A stretch of 63,851 nucleotides of DNA from a virus. Its lineage: Duplodnaviria > Caudoviricetes. The stretch is from the IMG/VR virus record IMGVR_UViG_3300024423_000001, positions 1-63,851 of that record. One strand, given 5' to 3'. Under the pieces are notes generated by a model. It was not told the origin of the DNA. It searched no databases and worked only from the letters and a program-made list of their open reading frames with translations. This document shows positions 28,816 through 38,400 of the stretch, piece after piece (the stretch's first letter is position 1; the number at the start of each line of letters is the position of its first letter). Both the position numbers and the translations under genes were made by a program.

Positions 28816-29714
28816 TGAAGCTTGTTCTGTTAGGCACGGGAGATGGTAAGGTAAAGGATAGAAAGGATAGCTCATTATGGCTTGAGCGTGGTTCGGTTGC
28901 TATTCAGTTCGACCGTAGTGATGACCATCGAGATTATCAAAAGCCCGATGTGTTGTTCATAACGCATTACCATCCTGACCATTATTCCAGAGATGCAGTT
29001 GCTGGTATCGAACGGGTATACGGTCCGGAGGAGCGTGACAACGTTAAGTTGGCTAAGGCGCGGGAAGTTATTGACGACATTGAGGTTCGAGCTGTGCCGG
29101 TCGATCATTCGGTTCAGTCAAAGACAGTTGTCTATTTTGTCTTTACTCCAGAGCTGAGGTTTCTCTATGCACCTGATCTGCTAACGATGCCCGCATCTTA
29201 TGAGTTGTATCGTAGACTTGACCTCTATATCGGTTGTGGTTCTTCTCCAGATCGTGACATTGTCTATGCAACTCCGGACGGTGAAGTTGGGCATATCTCT
29301 ATGAGAAACCAAGAGAAGTTCGTCAGACGATTAGCACCAAGCGCGAGAATAGTATGGACTCATATTTCTGAAGAGACTGGGAGTCAAGTTGACGGATTGC
29401 CGAATGATGGTAATGTCATATTCGACTCCGAGAGTGAGACAAGAAAGGCGCTGGACTATCTCGTGTGGATACCTGGGTTCATTAGTCAGACAGGTTCAAG
29501 TGTGTATGGGAAGTTGGTGGGCAATGAGGTTCGATCGCCTGACCAGGCTCGTGATATTGACATAGTGATGAGGTTCGAGGAACGGCTTGGAAGGCTGTAT
29601 CTCGACCGGGCTGCGAGGTTGAAGATAGATAGATTCGTGGAGGCTGTTCGAGGTTCAAAACCTCAGTGGCAGAAAGGAGATGAGTCGCGTCTTATTGTTG
29701 AGGAACTGCATTGA
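28815..29714 (+). CDS. Metallo-beta-lactamase-fold hydrolase fused to a Pol-beta-type nucleotidyltransferase-like segment
   Basis: LLGTG, THYHPDH, VDHS, GHIS, WTHI; then TGSSV…DIDIV. Confidence 0.75.
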   Translation: MKLVLLGTGDGKVKDRKDSSLWLERGSVAIQFDRSDDHRDYQKPDVLFITHYHPDHYSRDAVAGIERVYGPEERDNVKLAKAREVIDDIEVRAVPVDHSVQSKTVVYFVFTPELRFLYAPDLLTMPASYELYRRLDLYIGCGSSPDRDIVYATPDGEVGHISMRNQEKFVRRLAPSARIVWTHISEETGSQVDGLPNDGNVIFDSESETRKALDYLVWIPGFISQTGSSVYGKLVGNEVRSPDQARDIDIVMRFEERLGRLYLDRAARLKIDRFVEAVRGSKPQWQKGDESRLIVEELH

Positions 29715-32313
29715 GTTGGAGGGTGACCGTGTCAAGGTCAATCTTCCCTATGATGATAGAGGTTATTATCTACCGCTGCAGCCTGACGATATATTGAAGA
29801 AGGCGGGGCTTGGTGGTGATTTGATCTTCAGTTCGTATGGTCCTGACTGGACTCATCGTCCGCTGTATGATCTCGTGTTCTTTGTGACTGAGAAAGGTTT
29901 CGATCTTGGGCTGGTGGAGTCCCAGGTTCCAGCAACTGAGATAGTGGATCTTGATGCTCCGACGGTTCAACAACAATTCTTGGCACAACTTCGGAAGGCA
30001 GGCTATTATTCAAAGGCGAAACCTCGCTATCGACTCTTTGGCAAGACGTTCTTCGAGGACTTGAAAGGTCAGGGATTCGAATATCCTCTATTGGTAGATG
30101 TCAAGGCTGATGGGCTTCGTATATCGCTTGGGAAGGAGGACGGTAAGCCATTCATCTGGGTTGATCCGGAGGACTTAAAGCGGAAGAGCCCGGATTGTAC
30201 GGATAGATTTCCGGCAATAGTGAAGGATTTGGAGAAGTTGCCTGACGATACCATATTGGATGGTGAGTTCATTGCGGTCAAGGGAAATGAGGCACTGCAT
30301 AGAACGGTTGCAAATGCGCTGATGAATTCCAAAGCCGCACCTGAGGATCTATCGCCGTGGGCAGCAATATTCGTCTTCGATATACTGAAATACGATGATA
30401 GGGACTTGAGGGACCTGCCGCTGTCTGAGAGGCTCAAGTATCTTGCGAAGCTGCCAAAGTTCGATCGCATTGTGGTCGAGCAGCCATCGGAGAAGTTGGA
30501 CGGTAAGCATCCTGCTTATATTGTTCGGTCAGACGATGAGATGGAGAAGGCTATTGATCTTATACGTGATTCGAAGACGGGGATATGGGAGAAGGCTGCG
30601 GAAGGTGTAATGGTAAAGAAGCTTGATCATCCTTATGAAGTGCCGCAGAATCACGGATGGTGCTTGAAGGGAGGGTCTTACTTACTGACGCCAGAAGGGT
30701 TCATTCAGATAAAGTATCTCGAGCCAGGCATGGAGGTATTGGCTGGAGACGGTAAGTTCCACAGGATTAAGCGGGTATTTCAGCGAGCAATGACGTCTGA
30801 GGATGAAATCATTGAGATAAATACTCATTATTCTCCTAAGGTGAGATTAACTGCGGATCATAAGGTTTTAACGACAGTGGGCTGGGTTGCTGCTGGTGAT
30901 CTATGGGGTCCATTCAGAGAACCTAAGTTGAGTGTAGAGGTTCCAGAACCTCCGAAGAAGGTTGAACTCCAGATCTGGGGCTATCGGAAGAAGATAGATC
31001 TGACTCCAGATTTGCTTAAGGCTATCGGTTTTATTCTGGCGGAAGGGTCGTTCGTGACGAGTGCTTCGGGCCGATGGGCATACCAAGGAATTCGGGTGGG
31101 GGCTAAGCAGGATTTAGGTTGGTTTAGGGGAATAATTCAGCAGTCTCTCGGCGTTAAGTGTGGGGAATGGACTTATCCAGATAAATCGGTTGTTGAGTTC
31201 TATGATCCTCCATTCGCTCAGTGGTTGCGGGATACATTCATTGCTAATCATAGCAAATCTTACGGAACGAAGAATATACGTTGGAAGACTTATCAGATTA
31301 AAATCCCTCTTTGGTTTGCGAAGTTAACTGAGGAGCAGTGGTTAGGATTCGTAGAAGGATATTGGCTTGGTGATGGGTATCGAGGACGAAAATTTAGAAT
31401 AGGAACGTCGTCATCCTATATGGCTGGTACGCTTTATTTGGTTGCTAAGTTGCGAGGCTGGGATGCGACGGTGAATTGGGCTGGAACGAGAGGTGAGAAT
31501 TCGTTCAAGGTTTATCTTTCCCCGACTCTTATCGAAAAGACTAAGAGACCATCCATTCGTAAGGTCGAAGTAAGTTCTGTTCATCGGAGTCTCGACCTGC
31601 TGTGGGATCTTGAGATTGAGGGAGAACGATCGTATTCAAATGGTGAGGTGGTGTTCCATAACTCGAAGATGAAGTGGTTGCACGAGGCAGATGTTGTTGT
31701 TCTCGCTCGTAAGTTAGTCAAAGGGCAGACAGATGTGTGGAATTACGAATTGGGCATTAGCATTACAGAGGATTATGCTCGTAAGATTCCGGTTCAAAGA
31801 CTTGCGTGCATTGATGGAAGCGAGGCTTACTTTGGTCCAGAGGCGGTCCAGCGATTTGGCAAGCAGGGAGTTAAGTGGTTCATGAGGTTCGGCAAGTCAG
31901 ATAATACCAAACTCGATTTGAGGGTAGGTGATGTTCTTCGAGTAGCGCCTGAAGAGGTCTTGGAGGAACCAAATGAGGAGAATCCCGATTATCCAGTATA
32001 TAGAGGTTATATTTCCATTGCTCTTGAGCCGGTGCCGGAAAAGGATCGGTCAGATGACTTGAAGGTCTTTGAACGGTTGGCAGAGGAGGAGCCACAGAGG
32101 ATTTCGGTAGAGGAGCTGAAGAGATTACGACGGCAATCATTGGAGAAGGCTCGTATATATCTACGACCGGGTGAAGTAGCTCCGCCTGGTGTCGAGGTCA
32201 AGCGAGGTCCACGTGGCGGTCGATACTATGAAACCGAGGAGACTGAGGAGCGACCAGCTGAGAAGTTCAGAATAGTCATCTTTACGAAGGAGGGCAAGAG
32301 GATACATCGATGA
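29680..32313 (+). CDS. lig: ATP-dependent DNA ligase containing an intein
   Basis: KADG, LDGEF, FVFDIL, EGVMVK; motif V W-SKMK restored after intein removal. Confidence 0.88.
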   Translation: MSRVLLLRNCIELEGDRVKVNLPYDDRGYYLPLQPDDILKKAGLGGDLIFSSYGPDWTHRPLYDLVFFVTEKGFDLGLVESQVPATEIVDLDAPTVQQQFLAQLRKAGYYSKAKPRYRLFGKTFFEDLKGQGFEYPLLVDVKADGLRISLGKEDGKPFIWVDPEDLKRKSPDCTDRFPAIVKDLEKLPDDTILDGEFIAVKGNEALHRTVANALMNSKAAPEDLSPWAAIFVFDILKYDDRDLRDLPLSERLKYLAKLPKFDRIVVEQPSEKLDGKHPAYIVRSDDEMEKAIDLIRDSKTGIWEKAAEGVMVKKLDHPYEVPQNHGWCLKGGSYLLTPEGFIQIKYLEPGMEVLAGDGKFHRIKRVFQRAMTSEDEIIEINTHYSPKVRLTADHKVLTTVGWVAAGDLWGPFREPKLSVEVPEPPKKVELQIWGYRKKIDLTPDLLKAIGFILAEGSFVTSASGRWAYQGIRVGAKQDLGWFRGIIQQSLGVKCGEWTYPDKSVVEFYDPPFAQWLRDTFIANHSKSYGTKNIRWKTYQIKIPLWFAKLTEEQWLGFVEGYWLGDGYRGRKFRIGTSSSYMAGTLYLVAKLRGWDATVNWAGTRGENSFKVYLSPTLIEKTKRPSIRKVEVSSVHRSLDLLWDLEIEGERSYSNGEVVFHNSKMKWLHEADVVVLARKLVKGQTDVWNYELGISITEDYARKIPVQRLACIDGSEAYFGPEAVQRFGKQGVKWFMRFGKSDNTKLDLRVGDVLRVAPEEVLEEPNEENPDYPVYRGYISIALEPVPEKDRSDDLKVFERLAEEEPQRISVEELKRLRRQSLEKARIYLRPGEVAPPGVEVKRGPRGGRYYETEETEERPAEKFRIVIFTKEGKRIHR
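30661..31662 (+). mobile_element. Intein (334 aa) with LAGLIDADG homing endonuclease
   Basis: Starts CLKGGSY, LTADH block B, GFILAEG and GYWLGDG, ends VVFHN followed by Ser. Confidence 0.93.
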
Positions 32314-33584
32314 GTTACTACCGAGGAGTATGAAAAACGAAAGGAACGTGGAGAAAACATTGCGCCAATTGGTGCGCTTATAAGTCCGATCAGGTTTAAA
32401 GGTCTGTCAGAGGAACATTTGCGGGTTCCGGAAATCAAGTCCGTGTTCGATAAGCTTCAAGCAGCTTCGACAATAGATGATCAACTCTGGATACTCAGTC
32501 GGTTCAAGCCCTCTGCTCTACCGCGTGAGACTCAGCCAGTTGCACGCGAGTTCAAGCGTCGTGCTTATAACGCTATAAGAGCCAAAATATGGCGTGCTGA
32601 GAGTAAATATCTTGGAATACCGAAGGTATCATCCGAGATCGAGAGACAGTCTATGAAACCATTGCCGGAGCTCGCACCGAGAGTTAGTTCCGATGAAGTT
32701 GCTGTTCAGGACCGGCGAATAATGCGATCAGGTATGATAGCTCGTGGTCATTATCTCCGTCACGTGTCGGACTTACGAGAGAAGATTAGGGCGTTAAGCG
32801 ATGAAGTTGCATTAGATGAATTCAATAAGAGGATTGACCGATTTGAGAGAGCCGAAAGTATTGAGGAAGTGATGAGGCTAACTCGAGAGATATTTGATTT
32901 GAGTGATGCACATGTGAAAGATAACGGTTTGCACAGCGGCGTCGCCTTGGAGCTGGGACTGATTCGCCAGAAGTTGTTTGATCCCGAAAAGGTAGAGCAG
33001 TTCAGAAAGAAGGTCTTCTCACGTAAGGTTGATGCGACGCTGGTTCAGCAGTGGATGAATGAAGGCAAGATTGAAATACGAGGAGATAATTCTCAACAGA
33101 GGCGTGGGTAATAAAGGCAATGTGGTCCCTTCATCCCTCGGTGCTACGGGCGATATTAGAAGCTCGTTCTAAGCTCGTTATCGAATTTGACACCGATGCA
33201 TATTACAAGCCCGAGGAAGACACCCATTACATACGTATGCGTAGGGATTCTATATTCGGGAGTATGCTTCACGAGCTGATGCATGCTTACGAAGCTTCTT
33301 CAGATAAGTTTTTCCGTGCGGAACGTGAATTGTGGGATAGGCGAACTGCTGGTAGGCAACCTTCTCGTGAGACTTGGTGGTTTGGAAAGATTAGCACTAT
33401 CCGGGATCGGTGGATAAATACCTATGCGGGGCGCTATTATGGAGGTGAGCTTGGGAGGCATCTTGAGTGTTGTTCTACAACCATGAGCAAGCTCGTAGAA
33501 GATTTTAGTTGGGCGATCGCACGGGATCCGGACACTTCAAGTTTAATAATAAGAGCGATGTTTGAAGGGGAATTTGAGGAATGA
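32314..33584 (+). pseudogene. Probable C-terminal extension of the ligase polyprotein with HExxH zincin-like domain, interrupted by a TGA and a frameshift
   Basis: Frame continues after TGA 32311-32313 to 33111; frame change near 33090 leads into the HELMH ORF. Confidence 0.5.
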
Positions 33585-33901
33585 AGGTGCTATTAGTGGA
33601 TCCAGTGAGTGTTGAAGTCAAGGCAGAAGCGAAGTGGGAGAAGGGTCATTGGGATTTCAAATCGGAGAATAAGGAGGTTCGCGAGCTTTGGGACCAGAAG
33701 GATCTGCTATATTCTGGCGCGTGCCGAGTGGAGACGACCGGTCACGATTCAGTGTATTGGGGCAAAGTTCACCTCGATCAGATAGCGGATAGGCTTGGAC
33801 TTGATAGTTTGGTAGTAGACTGGACGGGATGGGAGGACGTTGCTCAGGAGATTGAGCGAATTCGCAAGGAGTGTGAGCCGCCTGAAGGCGCGATTCCATA
33901 A
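33581..33901 (+). CDS. Hypothetical protein
   Basis: Coupled to the HExxH ORF. Confidence 0.6.
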   Translation: MKVLLVDPVSVEVKAEAKWEKGHWDFKSENKEVRELWDQKDLLYSGACRVETTGHDSVYWGKVHLDQIADRLGLDSLVVDWTGWEDVAQEIERIRKECEPPEGAIP

Positions 33902-33905
33902 GGAA

Positions 33906-35339
33906 ATGGTAAACTTGGACAATCTCACTGACAAGGAATTCAAGCAACTTCCGTTTGTGAAGTCGGGAGAACCACTTCCACCGGAGTATTACAAGCGACC
34001 ACTTACCGGTAGATTTGAGTTGGACTATCACTTTACATTCGCTGATCGAGATCGTAACTATGTCAATTGGAATTCATGTCATGTGGACTTCCGAGTCTAT
34101 TATCCAGAACTGCACAAGGTCCAGCGTAGGAAGTGGGACTTCGAAGTCATCATTGGTGGTTCGTATCTGAAGATCTGGCGGATGCTGCATGGCGAGAAGG
34201 ACGCGGAGAATAGGCTGATCACGTGTCAAGTGATGGAGAAAGGCGCGGTTCAAGAACGTGAAGAGGCACGCTATATGTCAAAGGGATATTCAGAGGAGCT
34301 TGATCTTACACTCGACTATGTGATGCCCGATGAATGTCTCAAGTGGCATGTGCCATACCGTCCAGAGCGAGCAAGGTCGGATCAACTTAAGGATGACTGG
34401 CGGTTATTTGTTGCACACTTCTCAAATAAGCGTCAGGGTAAGGACAGTCCATATACGTATGCTGACCTATATGAATGGGCATCTCAATGTCTGCGTGAAC
34501 TTGCTCGTCGAAAGCAAAGAGGGCTAACAAATTTCAGGATTCATGAGGAAGAGTATGAGAGGGATTCACCGGTTGGAGAGTTCTGGTCTCGGGTCAAGCG
34601 TAAACTGACACCTTCGGAAGTTGAGATCTTAACAAAGGCACAGTCGCTTGCTGACCAGTACTGTGAGGTTCAATACAATCTTGATAGGGTGACAACTGGC
34701 CGGACAGCAGTCGGTAACTATGATGGATGGGATTTACAACAGTTGCAGCGTGAGGAGTCGAGGATCAGAATAGCGGCACGTGAGCAGGACATTGATTTAC
34801 CATCGAAGGATGAGTGTCGGCAACGTAATAGGAAGAAGTATCCAGACTTCTATGAATGGCTGGCTACTCAGAAAGCAGAACAATATCCGCGGAATTGTCC
34901 AGCGTTGATGAAGAAGTTAGTTCGAGAGTCGCCATTTGACGATTCTGTGATATGGTTCGAAGGTGGCAGTGTGGGTGCTCGCCATCCAAGGGCAGGTGGT
35001 GGTTACTGGGATGCATGGATGGTTCGATTCGATCGTGGTGAGATCAAGACAGGTGTTCAGCGTCCTGATCTAAAGGAGTTCTTTCTCTATGGACACTTCG
35101 TGAGTGGACGTTTCATACTTCGGGTGTTGAAGGGTCTTAAACGAGGAAAGATCGGTCTCAAGACTCCATTATATTGGGTGATGTTCCGACCGATTGACCA
35201 GAAGCCCATGAATCCGTGCAGCAATAAAGAGAACGAAGATTGTCACATGGACATGGGCGATTGGGGGGTCTATGGCACGAAGGAGCTGTTCGAGGAGCAG
35301 TATGGGAAGGTCAGAGATTTATTGGAAGGTCGGAGTTAG
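33906..35339 (+). CDS. LigD 3'-phosphoesterase-like domain protein with insertions
   Basis: RFELDYH…HVDFRV and FDRG…EFFLYG..VSGRFILR resemble the PE-domain motifs. Confidence 0.55.
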   Translation: MVNLDNLTDKEFKQLPFVKSGEPLPPEYYKRPLTGRFELDYHFTFADRDRNYVNWNSCHVDFRVYYPELHKVQRRKWDFEVIIGGSYLKIWRMLHGEKDAENRLITCQVMEKGAVQEREEARYMSKGYSEELDLTLDYVMPDECLKWHVPYRPERARSDQLKDDWRLFVAHFSNKRQGKDSPYTYADLYEWASQCLRELARRKQRGLTNFRIHEEEYERDSPVGEFWSRVKRKLTPSEVEILTKAQSLADQYCEVQYNLDRVTTGRTAVGNYDGWDLQQLQREESRIRIAAREQDIDLPSKDECRQRNRKKYPDFYEWLATQKAEQYPRNCPALMKKLVRESPFDDSVIWFEGGSVGARHPRAGGGYWDAWMVRFDRGEIKTGVQRPDLKEFFLYGHFVSGRFILRVLKGLKRGKIGLKTPLYWVMFRPIDQKPMNPCSNKENEDCHMDMGDWGVYGTKELFEEQYGKVRDLLEGRS

Positions 35340-35370
35340 AGTTCTATCGAGACTGTGAGGTGATGGGTTC

Positions 35371-35637
35371 GTGGAGATTCTTGTAGGACAAAAGGAGATT
35401 CGTGAGATGCTTGGTTATGTTGCTGTGAATCGCAAACCCGGCGAGGAGGTTATTCTAAAAGCACGTGGACAGCACATTAAGCGAGCATTCGATTTCGCAG
35501 AGATTCTCCTAAGATCGTTTCTTACGGGCTATAAGTATGGTGAAATCAAGCCTTCGACTGAGTTCTTCACAGATGAGAACGGTAAGGATCGCCGGGTGAC
35601 ATCGGTTGAGATTCAGTTGGTGCCAACTGAAGGGTGA
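35371..35637 (+). CDS. albA: Alba DNA/RNA-binding protein
   Basis: ILVGQK…EVILKARG..I..A.D.AEI…F…STE…VTSVEIQL. Confidence 0.85.
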   Translation: MEILVGQKEIREMLGYVAVNRKPGEEVILKARGQHIKRAFDFAEILLRSFLTGYKYGEIKPSTEFFTDENGKDRRVTSVEIQLVPTEG

Positions 35638-35638
35638 G

Positions 35639-36793
35639 ATGAAGCATTACACGTCGACGGAGAGTTTCTCGATTTTGAAGGCGAAAGACGATGGGGAGTT
35701 CGTTATTGGCGGCTATGCCAGCGTGCCCATTGAGGATCGTCAGCACGAGATAATTACGAAGGCTGCGCTGGAGAAGGACTTTGAGCGCTTCATGAGTTCA
35801 GCGTTGTATCGGAATGTCAATCTTCTTCACTCTAACGTTCAGGTCGGGCATGTCATTGATTCTTACGAGGACGGTGACGGTAATGTCTGGCGAACGCAAA
35901 TAGATGACAAGGGCTTGTTTGTGCTGGCTTCTATTCGTAATGATATTCAGAAGGCGCGAGAGGTTCGCGACTTAATTCGGAAAGGGGTTATCAAGGCGTA
36001 TTCGATCGGTGGGCAGCCACTTGACTGGTCATATACGCTGAAAGGAGGGCGTCCGGTCAGACTGATAACGGGCATTGAGATCCATGAGATATCGTTGGCA
36101 TCGGAGCCTGTGAATCCTGAAACGTATTTTGAGGTGTTGAAGAGTATGGAGGCTGGAAATATGGCGGACGAAGAGAAGACCTTTGAGGAGATAATGCTTG
36201 AGAAGATGGAGAACCTGTCGAAGTCAGTCTTGACCACAGAGAGTTTACAGGAGGCGCTGAATCCATTACAGGAGCGAATGTCACAGTTCGAGGAGGTCAC
36301 AAAGAACATAACTTCGCGGCTTGATGGGTTGCAGAAGTCGATAGAGGAGCTTCAGAAGCAGAGGGACAAGTATCCCGAGCCAGAAGAGAAAGAAGAGGAG
36401 AATGCAGACAAGGACGAAAAATATCCAGAGCCATATCCGGAGAAAGAGAAGAAGGCGGATGACAAGGATAAGTATCCTGAACCGTATCCAGAGAAGGAAA
36501 AGAAGGCTGATGAGGATAGATATCCGAAGCCAGAGGAGGAAGAGAAGAAGGCACCGCCGACGATCGATGAAGTCATGGAGAAGGTTCGGTCGGGTCAGTC
36601 ATTGACAGAAGAGGAGAAGAAGGTTCTCGAGGAGGCGAGGACGAAGAAGCAGGCTGGTGGGTCTGCATTGTATCCGTCGCCTGAAGAGGAAGAGACAAAA
36701 GTGAAGGAAGCGAAGAAGGCAGTGGACACAGTCACAGGCACGACACCATGGATTGAAGTTCACAAGATAGCCAAGAACTTCAGACCGTACTGA
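35639..36793 (+). CDS. HK97-type prohead protease fused to a scaffold region
   Basis: GYASV..EDRQ, LLHSN, YSIGG, EISL…PVNP; coiled coil plus YPEP repeats. Confidence 0.88.
   Translation: MKHYTSTESFSILKAKDDGEFVIGGYASVPIEDRQHEIITKAALEKDFERFMSSALYRNVNLLHSNVQVGHVIDSYEDGDGNVWRTQIDDKGLFVLASIRNDIQKAREVRDLIRKGVIKAYSIGGQPLDWSYTLKGGRPVRLITGIEIHEISLASEPVNPETYFEVLKSMEAGNMADEEKTFEEIMLEKMENLSKSVLTTESLQEALNPLQERMSQFEEVTKNITSRLDGLQKSIEELQKQRDKYPEPEEKEEENADKDEKYPEPYPEKEKKADDKDKYPEPYPEKEKKADEDRYPKPEEEEKKAPPTIDEVMEKVRSGQSLTEEEKKVLEEARTKKQAGGSALYPSPEEEETKVKEAKKAVDTVTGTTPWIEVHKIAKNFRPY
36364..36555 (+). repeat. DKYPEPYPEKEKKA-type tandem peptide repeats
   Basis: About 4 imperfect copies. Confidence 0.8.
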
Positions 36794-36841
36794 TCATGTT
36801 GGTGTTCGAGTTGTGGTTGATTGTTCGGAGGTGATAGAGTT

Positions 36842-37706
36842 ATGAATCATCCGACGTTTAGGACGATGGAGGAGATGGAGCAATACTACTACGGTGGTGA
36901 CATAATCCAGAAGGCCGTGTTGACGACGGGTGAATCGGGAGTATATAACAGGCTATACGGTAAGCGGGTATGGTTACAGATGTCGCAAGAGATGAACGCG
37001 TTTGCCATCTTACCGAAGGAACCTTGGGATGTCACTGGGTTCAGGGTATGGAAAGATTACATGAGCGTATCGAGTGGTGTGGCGGAGAACGCTTCGATTC
37101 CGAGTTCAGCGAATCTGAGTGGTTATGTTGTCGAGGTGGGTTCAGATGCACTGATGCCCAAGCGGTTGGCGCATGTGTTCGAGGTTTCAGAGATACTTGA
37201 GGAGCTGGCTGCTCGTGGCGATGACATCATGGGTGACCCATTGAATACCCTAAAGGAATACTTCGCATTGCAGCACATCAACGACATGAATGCTCACACT
37301 TGTGCCAAGGTCAGCTCCAAGGACTGGACCACAACGAACGATCCGGACTCGATAGATCATGTGGTCAGTGGCTATGTTGAGTCCCAGGAATCAGGTGTCG
37401 GGAGTAAGGCTGACATATACGGGATAGACAGGCACAGTGCGGCATCGTGGGCTGATGCTTATGTCGATAACAATGACGGCGAGAACCGTGATCTCACACT
37501 TGAGCTGATAGACAATGCTTTCCAGACGATCTGGCACAGAGGCGGTTCTCCGAAGGTAATACTGACAGGATTCGATACGCAGATGGCAATAAGTCAGCTG
37601 CTAGAGGCGAACAGGCGATTCGAGATGCCGGTCCGGAGAGTGGTTCCGACCTACCAGGGCGTGAGAGGCGTCGAGGGCACAGAAGGAGGGTTCGTCGTTA
37701 GTTCAT
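36842..37706 (+). CDS. Major capsid protein, exon 1
   Basis: GGAGGTGA RBS; follows the protease; frame truncated at the intron. Confidence 0.88.
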
Positions 37707-38400
37707 AACGGGAGAAATGAGGAGAATCGAATTAGATTCTGGGGAGATTGAATTCTTGTATACTCGTTGTGGGTTTACGAAACGGGAAATTGCTCAAAGG
37801 TTAGGAGTCAGTTTCAGCACTATAAAGCGGGCGTTCCAGCGGTTTGGGATTCTCACCAATCCTCATTACAGGAGGCGACCAAAGAAGTCTCGTCGGATAA
37901 GCGAAGTCGCAAGCAAGCGAATGAAGGAGAGGTGGGAATTGGAGCGGGACAGAATGCTTGAGGTTGCAAGGCAGGCGAGTACGTTTTATAAGGGTAGAGC
38001 ACCTTGGAATAAGGACCTGTCGAAAGAGGTGAGCGCTAAGGTTAAACTTGCTGCTCTTAAGCGAAGCATTAGAATGGGACCTGTCTATATTTCTGAGGAG
38101 TATAGACAGAAGAGATCGGAAGCTGCTAAGGGACGTAATAATCCGAACTGGCGAGGTGATATTTCGTGCTTGCCTTACGATCCCTGTTTCAATAACGATC
38201 TTAAGCGAAAGATTAAGGAGAGAGATGGCTACAGATGTCAAGTCTGTGGCGTGACAGAAGAAGAGTCATTAGCTCGTGGACATGGTTATCTTGTGGTCCA
38301 TCATCTCGATGGTAATAAGCAAAACTCTGATCCCCAGAATCTAATAACTTTGTGCAATAGTTGTCATACCCGATGGCATCGTAGTCACTCCCGTGAACAA
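37707..38400 (+). mobile_element. Bulge-helix-bulge (archaeal-type) intron in capsid mRNA, 694 nt
   Basis: CGTCGTTA-GTTC-ATA-ACGGGAG pairs with CTCCCGT-GAAC-AAA-TAACGGCG; canonical cleavage restores the frame. Confidence 0.92.

Noticed and set aside
29640-29714. Programmed frameshift or intron joining the MBL gene to the ligase
   Set aside because: The ligase has its own GGAG-ATG start; no slippery motif or BHB found, only a small hairpin.
14108-32313. Genome-wide TGA recoding (Trp or Sec) suggested by two in-frame TGAs
   Set aside because: Many genes clearly end in TGA with ATGA overlaps, and both cases are accompanied by frameshifts.
37707-38400. Group I/II intron or insertion-inactivated capsid pseudogene
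   Set aside because: The insert is almost entirely HNH coding sequence with no room for a ribozyme core and ends in A rather than the group I terminal G; the BHB explains exact frame restoration.
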